From: an uncultured Gemmatimonadales bacterium
Lineage (GTDB): Bacteria > Gemmatimonadota > Gemmatimonadetes > Gemmatimonadales > Gemmatimonadaceae
Reading direction: 5' to 3'
Assembly: GCA_963707505.1 (NCBI GenBank)
Contig: CAVPQB010000006.1
Coordinates: 448,001-512,000 of the forward strand
Length of the DNA stretch: 64,000 bases
Part shown: piece by piece, positions 39,574 to 47,154 of the stretch
Position numbering within the stretch: position 1 is the stretch's first letter
How the letters are laid out: every line of letters begins with the position of its first letter
Program-made: the position numbers and the translations under genes
The notes under the pieces: generated by a model
Told to the model about the DNA's origin: nothing
Databases searched by the model: none
What the model saw: the letters and a program-made list of their open reading frames with translations, nothing else

Positions 39574-40539
39574 TCACAAAGTGGTAACAATTCGAGCAGG
39601 ATTTGGCTTCTTCATTGCCTGTCCCCAGAGGTCGCCGACCTCCTCGAGGCGGGCGGCCATGGTGCGAACGGTGAAGTCTCTTGGGTCCAGGGCGGGTGTC
39701 AGCTCGTCCCAGTCGATGGGCGCGGATACCGTTGCCTCTGGACGGGCCCGTACGCCATAGGCGGCCGCGACGGTCTTGCCTCGGGCGTTCTGGCCGAAGT
39801 CCACGTAGATCTTCGAACGGCCCCGCTCACTTATCGATCGCACGACTGTCGCGGACTGCGGATGGGCGCCGGCAACCGCTTCGGCAATCAGGCGGGGGAC
39901 TCGCTCCGCGACGGCGTCCGTGGAGTTGGCCGGAAGCGGGATGACGATGTGGAGTCCGGTCGCACCGGATGTCTTGATGCCCGCATGAAGGCCGAGATGA
40001 TCGAGCGCTTCCTTCACCCATAGCGCGACTTCGATGACACGCGCGAACGGAGATTTGGGACCGGGATCGAGATCTATGACGGTGAAGTCGGGGTTACCCA
40101 GCGATCCCACTCGCACGTTCCACGGATTGCACTCGAAGGCGCCGATCTGGGTGCAGTAGAGAGTGGTGCCAAGCGTGCCGCCGATGATGCGTTGCTGGAC
40201 TTCTCCAGCGGCCGACTTTATCGACTCCACGTGGACGACGTCGGGTGGATTGGGCGGAGCCTTTTGCTGGAAGAAGAATTTGCCAGTGACGCCGTCGGGA
40301 AAACGCTTGAGGGACAGAGGGCGATCAACCAGCACCGTGCGGAGATACGGCCACACGCTCGTGTAATAGCGCATGACTTCGCCCTTGGTGACCCTGGGCT
40401 TCGGAAAGAAGATCTTCGCAAGGCTCGACACCTTCAACGAACTGTCGCGCCCGAGTTGAATCACTCCGTCGCCGCTGCCGCTCTCGATGGCCTGAAGTTG
40501 CTCGGTGATTTTCCGGAGCGCTGCAGCGGACGGCGTCAT
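39574..40539 (-). CDS. ligD: Stand-alone LigD primase-polymerase domain (NHEJ)
   Basis: TKGEVMRYY, KRFPDG, FFQQK, IDLDP, KTSGATGLH, YVDFGQN, VSAP. Confidence 0.92.
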   Translation of the reverse strand: MTPSAAALRKITEQLQAIESGSGDGVIQLGRDSSLKVSSLAKIFFPKPRVTKGEVMRYYTSVWPYLRTVLVDRPLSLKRFPDGVTGKFFFQQKAPPNPPDVVHVESIKSAAGEVQQRIIGGTLGTTLYCTQIGAFECNPWNVRVGSLGNPDFTVIDLDPGPKSPFARVIEVALWVKEALDHLGLHAGIKTSGATGLHIVIPLPANSTDAVAERVPRLIAEAVAGAHPQSATVVRSISERGRSKIYVDFGQNARGKTVAAAYGVRARPEATVSAPIDWDELTPALDPRDFTVRTMAARLEEVGDLWGQAMKKPNPARIVTTL

Positions 40540-40549
40540 GCAGCTGCGA

Positions 40550-41397
40550 TCAGCGTGATGAATGCCAGACGCGCGTGCCGTCGGCTATCTCGTCCATGGT
40601 GCGGTTTGTCGTCACCGACTTCACGTACTTCGTGGTGAGTGCCGATTCGCTTTCGGGATGCGCGTCCTCGTCGCGATGCTTGATGAGGAGCCATGATGGC
40701 TTCGATGCGCTTCTGCCAAAACCGCGCGTACGAACGAGTGCGTAGGATCCCTTGATGCGTTTTCCGTGGAAGTTGATCTTGAGCTCGCCGTGCTCGTACT
40801 GATCGTGTGCAGCCGAGTTCATGTCATCTTCAAGTGGATTCTCGATCTCGTATGTGCCGTTGTCCCACAGCATCACCGTACCGCCGCCGTACTCACCAGA
40901 CGGGATCGTTCCCTCGAAGGTGTTGTACTCGACGGGGTGATCCTCGACCTGCATCGCGAGGCGCTTCACGCTGGGATCGGCGGATGGGCCTTTTGGTACG
41001 GCCCAACTCTTCATCACTCCATCGATCTCGAGTCGGAGGTCGTAATGGAGTTGAGTAGCGGCGTGCTTCTGAATCACGAACTGGAGTCTGTTCGCCGCTG
41101 CGGAGCGTGAGGACTTTCGCGCGCGCGAAGATGCGCGCGAAGATGCGCCCGAAGGCTCCGCCGTTTTCTCGAAGTCACGTTTGCGCTGGTATTCCGTCAG
41201 CTGCTCGGCGGCGCTCAGCGCTTTCTTCGGCGCAGTTTTGCTTGCGCGCTCTTGCTTGCGCTCTTGCTTGCGGTTTTGCTGGAACTTTTGCGCGCCGTCT
41301 TCGCCGCCGTTTTGCTTGCTGCGGTCGTGGTGCGCGTTACCGACTTTCTCGCCGGTCTTGACGTCGTCTTCTTCGCGGTCTTTTTGCGAGCAGCCAT
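40550..41397 (-). CDS. ligD: LigD 3'-phosphoesterase domain with an N-terminal histone-H1-like tail; 2-nt frameshift near 41246
   Basis: MAARKKTAKK... joins SKTAPKKALSAAEQLTEYQRKRDFEKTAEP...FVIQKHAATQLHYDLRLE..SWAVPKGP..EDHP..YGGG if an extra GC in a repeat is removed. Confidence 0.85.
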
Positions 41398-41461
41398 GAT
41401 CAGCGTTGCAAGGTTTGCCAGCGGTGCATGAAACAGAAAAGATCGGACGACGCGATTCGCA

Positions 41462-41671
41462 TCATCCGATCTTCACGACGTCGGCAGCTTGCGGGCCTTT
41501 CTGACCCTGAACGATTTCGAACTCGACCTTGTCGCCTTCAGCGAGCGACTTGAAGCCGTCCGATTTTACCGCGCTGTAATGAACGAACACATCCGGGCCG
41601 CCTTCGCGTGATATGAAGCCGAAGCCCTTGGCGTCGTTGAACCACTTGACAGTTCCCTTGATCCGTTCCAT
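41462..41671 (-). CDS. Cold-shock protein (CspA family)
   Basis: [27 protein letters not shown]. Confidence 0.96.
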   Translation of the reverse strand: MERIKGTVKWFNDAKGFGFISREGGPDVFVHYSAVKSDGFKSLAEGDKVEFEIVQGQKGPQAADVVKIG

Positions 41672-41718
41672 GCCCGGGGTTTCCTCCGGAGTTTATCCGG
41701 GGCAAGTTTTGTGCACCA

Positions 41719-41931
41719 TCATGCTGCGCCAGCTATGTAACGCGCGATGCGCCCACATTTGACACAGCGCAGCGTCACGTGCGACTGCGGTGGTGGCGGC
41801 GTAATGTGTGGCTCGCGCTCGATGTTCGCAGCGCCGCAAGCGGGGCAGCTCAATGGATCGCCAGTGCGATCTCTGCTTACGAGTGCCAGGACCTGGGCGG
41901 GGTTGTAAGTATTCGGTCGGGGTTTGCGCAT
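41719..41931 (-). CDS. Small zinc-ribbon protein
   Basis: CPACG and CVKCG pairs. Confidence 0.65.
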   Translation of the reverse strand: MRKPRPNTYNPAQVLALVSRDRTGDPLSCPACGAANIEREPHITPPPPQSHVTLRCVKCGRIARYIAGAA

Positions 41932-41948
41932 ACTATCCTACGATATGC

Positions 41949-41962
41949 CGAACGATTGTTCG
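41949..41962. promoter_or_regulatory. Cheo-type SOS-box-like palindrome
   Basis: CGAAC-GATT-GTTCG, 17 bp upstream of the zinc-ribbon gene. Confidence 0.4.
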
Positions 41963-41979
41963 ACCTGGTTGGCTGTAGT

Positions 41980-42117
41980 GCTGGGGACGTGCCACGAGGC
42001 ACGTCTACGTACCGCCAGCTCAGAATGGACGCACCGACGGATAACCTGAATAGTAGTAGCTCAAGTCCGCGGATGGTCCTCCGCCCGTCTTATACCTGAG
42101 GTGGAACTGAAGGTTCC
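41980..42117 (-). ncRNA. Candidate structured RNA or leader, family unassigned
   Basis: Seven nested or adjacent stems found by eye in a non-coding gap. Confidence 0.3.
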
Positions 42118-42156
42118 CATCACTCGATTCGAGTTCGATTGCATCTAAATGGGCCA

Positions 42157-42180
42157 GGCGCGGATATATCCGCGCCCTAC
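42157..42180 (-). repeat. GTAG-type REP element
   Basis: Minus strand GTAG followed by the perfect palindrome GGCGCGGATATATCCGCGCC. Confidence 0.6.
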
Positions 42181-42200
42181 GGGGGAATGACGGCGCCCGG

Positions 42201-43226
42201 CTAATCCCAGTCGTGTCCTCTTCTATAGACGTGGCGTTTCACGCGCCACGGCTTGGTGTCGCTGGTCTCTCGGCCCGATGCAAAGTTGGTAGGGTCGTCG
42301 ATCGAATCGCTCATGTCGCACGCCTTCGCCGACGCCTCGTCGGCCCAGTGTACTATCTCGGCCTCCACGGTCATTGGCTGCACGGGGCTTCCGAATTCGA
42401 GGCTGCCATGATGAGACAGGATCATGTGCTGGAGCTCGAGTATCTGCCCTTCGCTGCAGATCGGAGCGCCGAGCTGGGCAAGTGCGCGCTCGAGCATGAG
42501 CGCGCCCAGGACTACGTGGCCGAGTAGAAGGCCGCAGGGAGTGGTGGAGAAGCCTGTGGGGGCGACGTCGTACGCTTCGACCTTGCCGATGTCGTGCAGC
42601 AGCGCGCCGGCGAAGACCAGATCCTGGTTCGCGCGAGTGGTGCGTGCAGTGGCTCGTGCGATCGAGGCGACCTCGAAGGTGTGGAGTAGGAGGCCGCCGA
42701 GTTTGGCGTGGTGTCCTGCTGGTGATCCCGGAGTGCGCTCGAAGCGGACGCGGAATTCGTCGTTGGCGAAGAAGAGATCGACGACGCTTTTGAGGGTGCG
42801 CGATTGCATTGCTGCACGCTGTTTGTCCATCCAGTCCCAGAGCGCAGTGCAATCGCCGATTGATTCGAGGAACGACAGGACGTCGATCTGATTTTGCGGG
42901 ATGACTCTGAGCGGGGCGCTGAGTGCGAGCTGGCGTTTCGCAGATCCGTTGCGGCCGTAGAGCGCGATGTCGCCAATCGCCTGGACCACCTTGCCGCGGT
43001 CAGCGCCGTCGGCCCAGTCGAGCTTGTCGGACCAGATGGGCGATGTGTCGATTCGGCCGGAGGAATTGCCGAGTGTGAGGATTGCGAACGGGTCGCCGTT
43101 GGCGGTTTTCTTGTCCGCGCGCTCGATCACGAGGAAATCACTCTGGACCCGCTCGCGCTCCTGGAGCGCAGGGATGTTGACGGCTGGCATCGTGATGAAG
43201 GTGATGGTGCGGGGTCGATCCGGCAA
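42201..43226 (-). CDS. yhaM: YhaM/Cbf1-family OB-fold + HD nuclease
   Basis: N-terminal OB fold; HHAKLGGLLLHT, LHDIGK, GHVVLG, SHHGSLEFGSP, HWAD. Confidence 0.88.
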   Translation of the reverse strand: MPDRPRTITFITMPAVNIPALQERERVQSDFLVIERADKKTANGDPFAILTLGNSSGRIDTSPIWSDKLDWADGADRGKVVQAIGDIALYGRNGSAKRQLALSAPLRVIPQNQIDVLSFLESIGDCTALWDWMDKQRAAMQSRTLKSVVDLFFANDEFRVRFERTPGSPAGHHAKLGGLLLHTFEVASIARATARTTRANQDLVFAGALLHDIGKVEAYDVAPTGFSTTPCGLLLGHVVLGALMLERALAQLGAPICSEGQILELQHMILSHHGSLEFGSPVQPMTVEAEIVHWADEASAKACDMSDSIDDPTNFASGRETSDTKPWRVKRHVYRRGHDWD

Positions 43227-43244
43227 TAGCGGGGAGCAGCTTCC

Positions 43245-43273
43245 TTGCTTTCGGTATTTGTTCGGTATAAGCT
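43245..43273 (+). promoter_or_regulatory. Sigma70-type promoter with a direct-repeat operator in the spacer
   Basis: TTGCTT-N17-TAAGCT; TTCGGTAT at 43250 and 43261 (11-bp period, equivalent to TTTC-N7-GTTC). Confidence 0.6.
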
Positions 43274-43300
43274 TTCCTCATCTACCACGCCGGGTGCGCC

Positions 43301-43918
43301 ATGCCGAAAACAGATGTCTGGTTCGATCCAAGCCGGTACGCGACAGTCGCGGAGCGGATAGCGCTGTTCTACAAGAGTCATCCAAACGGGCGGATACTGA
43401 CCGAGCTGGTGAACCGTGATACGGAGTCGGTGACGTTCAAGGCGCTGGTATTTCGGGGCGAGGGGGATACGGTGCCGGCGGCTACGGGGTGGGCGACGGA
43501 GCGTGAGGGGGACGGCGACATCAATACGGTGGCGTGTCTGGAGAACACGGAGACGTCGGCGATCGGGCGGGCGCTGGCGAATCTTGGGTTCACGGCAGCG
43601 AGAGAGCGGCCCAGTATCGAGGAGATGACGAAGGCCGGCCGAACTCGGCGAAACCGCGAAATGGCGGCTAGAAGAGCCGATACTGTCGCCATACTGGCTG
43701 AGCAATCGCCGGAGTACCGGAGCGCCTCGTCCGACTTGCTGGGTCTTCTTCAAGAAGCGCAACGTGCCGGACTGCCGAGTGACCGGGCTCAGCGGCTGCG
43801 CGACCGGCTGGAGCGAGGGCCGGCGATTCTTCCGTCGCGAATGGCTGAGCTGGAGCGGTCGCTGAGGAACTGGCTTTACCGGAAGGAGAATGTCACCGGG
43901 TCTCGTCTATCCCCATGA
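43301..43918 (+). CDS. Rad52/Sak-like single-strand annealing protein (putative)
   Basis: YATVAERI..F..HPNGRI.TE, ATGWA.E, LENTETSAIGRALANLGF resembles phage Rad52-superfamily annealing proteins; helical C-terminus. Confidence 0.65.
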   Translation: MPKTDVWFDPSRYATVAERIALFYKSHPNGRILTELVNRDTESVTFKALVFRGEGDTVPAATGWATEREGDGDINTVACLENTETSAIGRALANLGFTAARERPSIEEMTKAGRTRRNREMAARRADTVAILAEQSPEYRSASSDLLGLLQEAQRAGLPSDRAQRLRDRLERGPAILPSRMAELERSLRNWLYRKENVTGSRLSP

Positions 43919-43955
43919 ACGGCGGAACCTGAGCAGAACATGAAAGGGGGCGGAC

Positions 43956-44672
43956 GTGGAGGGTTGGCGGTTTGGGGAGCGGAGCGACGGGGAGACAGAT
44001 ATCGAGCTGCTGGCTGGGATTCGGCGGAATGAGCTGAATGCGCTACGCACCTTCGTTCTCCGGTTCGAGCCGGTGCTTCTGGACCAGGCTCGGCGACTCT
44101 CCGTAAGCCCGAGCGATCGGGGGACGATCGTAACCGGATTCCTGGACGACATCCTGGTCAAGCTCGCCGATACGAATGCCGAGTCACCGCGGTCGCTGAC
44201 TGCATTCGTGATCACGTCGTTCCGCAACTGCGTGATCGATCTGCATCGCGAGGCGACGGTGCGTGAGCGGCATGCGCGATCGGAGGAGGAGGCGATCGGC
44301 ACGGAGTACGTGGTGCGTGCCACGTGTTCCGAGTTCATGCTGCGCGCGGCGCGGGGGAACGGTGATGGCGAAGAGTCGTCATCGACTGCGGCAGCCAGAC
44401 TGGTTCATGTGCTGTTGGATGGCTGCTCATCGGACGAGCGACAGTTGCTCGTATGGAGCGCGCACCGCGTTCCGTTGCGTGAGTGCGCCGCGTGGCTCGG
44501 AATCGGTTACGACGCCGCAAAGCAGAAATTGTCGCGGCTGCGCGCGCGGCTCGTACGCGACAGCATCACGCACCTGTCCTCCCTTGCCGACCCGGATCGC
44601 AGAGAGCTCTCGCGTCTGCTGAGTCGCGCCGGCATACGAATCAATACTGAAGGCATGAGGTCCACAGCATGA
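43956..44672 (+). CDS. Divergent ECF-like sigma70 factor with C-terminal extension
   Basis: DIELL..IR..E.NAL..F..RF.P.L, SLTAFVITSFRNCVIDLHR (region 2.3-2.4), DERQLL...LRECAAWLGIGYDAAKQKLSRLRARL (region 4). Confidence 0.75.
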   Translation: MEGWRFGERSDGETDIELLAGIRRNELNALRTFVLRFEPVLLDQARRLSVSPSDRGTIVTGFLDDILVKLADTNAESPRSLTAFVITSFRNCVIDLHREATVRERHARSEEEAIGTEYVVRATCSEFMLRAARGNGDGEESSSTAAARLVHVLLDGCSSDERQLLVWSAHRVPLRECAAWLGIGYDAAKQKLSRLRARLVRDSITHLSSLADPDRRELSRLLSRAGIRINTEGMRSTA

Positions 44673-45406
44673 AGGGAGAGAATCAGAAGCATTCATATCG
44701 TCAAGAGGTCGATGGTGGCGACGATACCAATTCATTGATCCGGCTCGTGGGCGATGCGTTGGATGCGAGCGGTGATTGCAGCGCGTACGAGAACGATCGG
44801 TTTCTCGCATGGCTCGAGCGTGAAGTGCATGGACGGAGTTCTGTTGCGGATCGGCAGTCGAGCGAGCGTGCGGCGCAACAGATCGCGAAACGCGCTCAGG
44901 CGCGCATTCGTGCGGCTCGCGTAGCTGCAGCGCTGCCGGCGCGTTCGTTCAGGGTTCGTCCGGCCGCACTGGTGGGGGACTTCGATCACGTCGCGAGAGC
45001 AGCTTCGGAGTCCGGTTGCGCGCCGTGGGTGGAATCGCTCGCGGTCGCGGCAGGTACCGGGCGTGAGATCTGGGACGAGCCGTGTGAGCAGTGGGTGGAG
45101 CTGCCAACCGGATTTGCGGGCGCGGGCAATCTCGCGCTCACCGTTACGGGCGACAGCATGACGCCGTGTCTCGAGAGCGGTGACGTGATCCTCGTCAACA
45201 CACGCAAGGCTGTGACGCGCGATTGCATGGTCGTCGCGCGGCGCGCGGAGAATGGCTACGTGGTGAAGCACGTCACGAAGTGTGGGCGGGCTGCGTTGGA
45301 GCTGTCATCGTTCAACAGCGCGTACGAGCCGTTCGTGATCGATCGAGTGCCGGGTGCTGTGGTGGGCGTGGTGGTAGCGAAGCTCGTGCGTTGTGAAGAA
45401 GCGTGA
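44669..45406 (+). CDS. S24 (LexA/UmuD-type) self-cleaving peptidase protein with an unrecognised N-terminal domain
   Basis: Cleavage site VAAG, catalytic Ser in VTGDSM, catalytic Lys in VVKH; ATGA overlap with the sigma gene. Confidence 0.88.
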   Translation: MKGENQKHSYRQEVDGGDDTNSLIRLVGDALDASGDCSAYENDRFLAWLEREVHGRSSVADRQSSERAAQQIAKRAQARIRAARVAAALPARSFRVRPAALVGDFDHVARAASESGCAPWVESLAVAAGTGREIWDEPCEQWVELPTGFAGAGNLALTVTGDSMTPCLESGDVILVNTRKAVTRDCMVVARRAENGYVVKHVTKCGRAALELSSFNSAYEPFVIDRVPGAVVGVVVAKLVRCEEA

Positions 45407-45566
45407 GAGAGCTGGCAGAGTAGTGGTGCACGGAGAGTGGTGCAGGTATTCCGGCTGTATGTGGCGGCAGTTGCAACGCGTGGGTTCGGTAGGCGAAGTG
45501 ATTGGGTATGTGGACTGGATATGTAGTGCCTGGCGTGATGAAGAAGAATATTTGAACGGAGGGAAG

Positions 45567-45827
45567 ATGCAGCAGGACGTATCGACACAGAACAAGATCA
45601 CGAACGCAGTAGCGACTGCAATAGCCATAGCGGGGGCTATAGTTGCGTCACCGGCTGCGATGGAAAAGCTGCCGGGAACGGTCGTGACGATTCTCAAGAC
45701 TGCTACGACGCTCGGCAATACGACACAGCCGTTGATCGTAACAGTGATTGGAATAATGGTGGCTGCAATAACGCATCCACCGAGTTGGTTGAGCGGATTG
45801 GCGAGCGGAGTGCGAAGACGGTTGTGA
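45567..45827 (+). CDS. Small 2-TM membrane protein
   Basis: GGAGGG RBS; two hydrophobic segments and a basic C-terminus (VRRRL). Confidence 0.6.
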   Translation: MQQDVSTQNKITNAVATAIAIAGAIVASPAAMEKLPGTVVTILKTATTLGNTTQPLIVTVIGIMVAAITHPPSWLSGLASGVRRRL

Positions 45828-45857
45828 GCGGTACGTTCGACGGGAGAACCATGTATT

Positions 45858-45900
45858 AACGCCAGGCCGTTCATGAACGGCCTGGCGTTTCTGGTTTCTG
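45858..45900 (+). terminator. Intrinsic terminator
   Basis: Perfect palindrome aacgccaggccgttcatgaacggcctggcgtt with a T-rich tail. Confidence 0.8.
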
Positions 45901-46107
45901 ATGCTTGTCAACTCCGGGATCTGGCCGTGGTGCGGATGTCGGTACGGGCGCCGTTTACGACCCCGAACCCGCCTCGACGCAACACTTATCAATAGATTTG
46001 ATTCACGCGCTGGCTGATCGCTCCATTCCTGCGCGCCGTGGGTCGGAGCGCGCTCCGGCGATTCGTGCTCGAGCCGATGCGTTCGGCCACACATGGAAGA
46101 TTCTCGA

Positions 46108-47154
46108 ATGACTGATACAGCTCCGCCAGCCGGCAAACAGCCACAACGCGGTCCATTTGCATGGGTGCACGCCTTCACGGGTTTCTATCCGGCGATGGCC
46201 GAAGAATTTTCTCACCTGGATCCGGTGACGCGGTTCCTGTACGCGTCGCGCAGCGTCATCCTGGTGATCTCCGCACAGGCTGCTTTGATCGCCGGACTGC
46301 TTGCCGTGATCGCCGGCGGCTTCGAGCCCATTCCGTTCGTGCTGGTGCTCGTTGGCTACGTGGTGCTCCACGCGATCAGCAACCTGTCCAACGATTATTT
46401 CGGATATCGCAGAGGACATGACACGGCTGACTCGCCGCGCCGGCGCTACACGCTGCACCCGATCGCAAGCGGAGCAGTCACACCGCGGCTGCTGATCACC
46501 GGTCTCGTCATTCTCTCCGTCATCGCAGCGGCGATTGCGGTTTACTTCGTCACGTTGCGCGGACGGAATGCACTTGGACTGGTAATCGCAGGCGCACTCC
46601 TGCTCTATGCATACGACGCCGCCCCGAAAGCATTGAAGGAGCTCGGGCTCGGTGAGGCAGCTGCCTTCGTCGTATGGGGACCGCTGATGATCGGTGGCGG
46701 CTACTACGTCATCACCGGACAGTGGTCGGCGGCCGCGTTTCTCGCATCCGTACCCTACGGGCTCGGCGTCGCGTCGATTCTCATTGGAAAGCACATAGAT
46801 CAGCGCGGCTTCGACTCGTCGCAGGAGCAGCGGACGCTGCCGGTCCTGCTTGGCGAGCGTCGCGCGCGATTGTTGAATCAATCGGTGCTGGTTGCCATGT
46901 ACGTTGTGATCGTAATCGCGGTCATCACGCGCGCGCTGACGCCATTCGCACTGCTGGTGGTGTTCGCGGCCCCGCGCGCGATGCGTGCGCTCCGCGTGAT
47001 GTCGCGACCCGCACCGGCCGAACCGCCGGCTGGATATGTCGGATGGCCGCTATGGTATCATCGGATGTGCTTGGTGCACAATCGCGCGTTCGGCTGGCTG
47101 TACATCGCAGGCCTCGGCGCAGGCGCGCTGTTCGCCACGTTTCTCGCGCGCTAA
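46108..47154 (+). CDS. UbiA/MenA-family prenyltransferase
   Basis: SNLSNDYFGYRRGHD, LKELGLGE, KHIDQ..FD....RTLPV; multiple TM segments. Confidence 0.85.
   Translation: MTDTAPPAGKQPQRGPFAWVHAFTGFYPAMAEEFSHLDPVTRFLYASRSVILVISAQAALIAGLLAVIAGGFEPIPFVLVLVGYVVLHAISNLSNDYFGYRRGHDTADSPRRRYTLHPIASGAVTPRLLITGLVILSVIAAAIAVYFVTLRGRNALGLVIAGALLLYAYDAAPKALKELGLGEAAAFVVWGPLMIGGGYYVITGQWSAAAFLASVPYGLGVASILIGKHIDQRGFDSSQEQRTLPVLLGERRARLLNQSVLVAMYVVIVIAVITRALTPFALLVVFAAPRAMRALRVMSRPAPAEPPAGYVGWPLWYHRMCLVHNRAFGWLYIAGLGAGALFATFLAR

Noticed and set aside
41215..41397. Stand-alone histone-like protein
   Set aside because: Better explained as the N-terminus of LigD-PE, because the conserved PE start (LxEYxxKRDFxxTxEP) has no obvious start codon of its own.
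41405..41422. Sigma54 promoter upstream of LigD-PE (minus strand TGGCAAACCTTGCA)
   Set aside because: The GG-to-GC spacing is 8 nt rather than the required 10.
44669..45406. Calling the S24 protein lexA or umuD
   Set aside because: No LexA winged-helix N-terminus is recognisable, the N-terminal region is much longer than in UmuD, and no umuC is adjacent.
43301..45827. Prophage remnant (annealing protein, CI-like peptidase, holin-like gene)
   Set aside because: No integrase, att-like repeats, replication or structural genes, and the flanks are ordinary chromosomal genes. A phage ancestry for individual genes remains possible.
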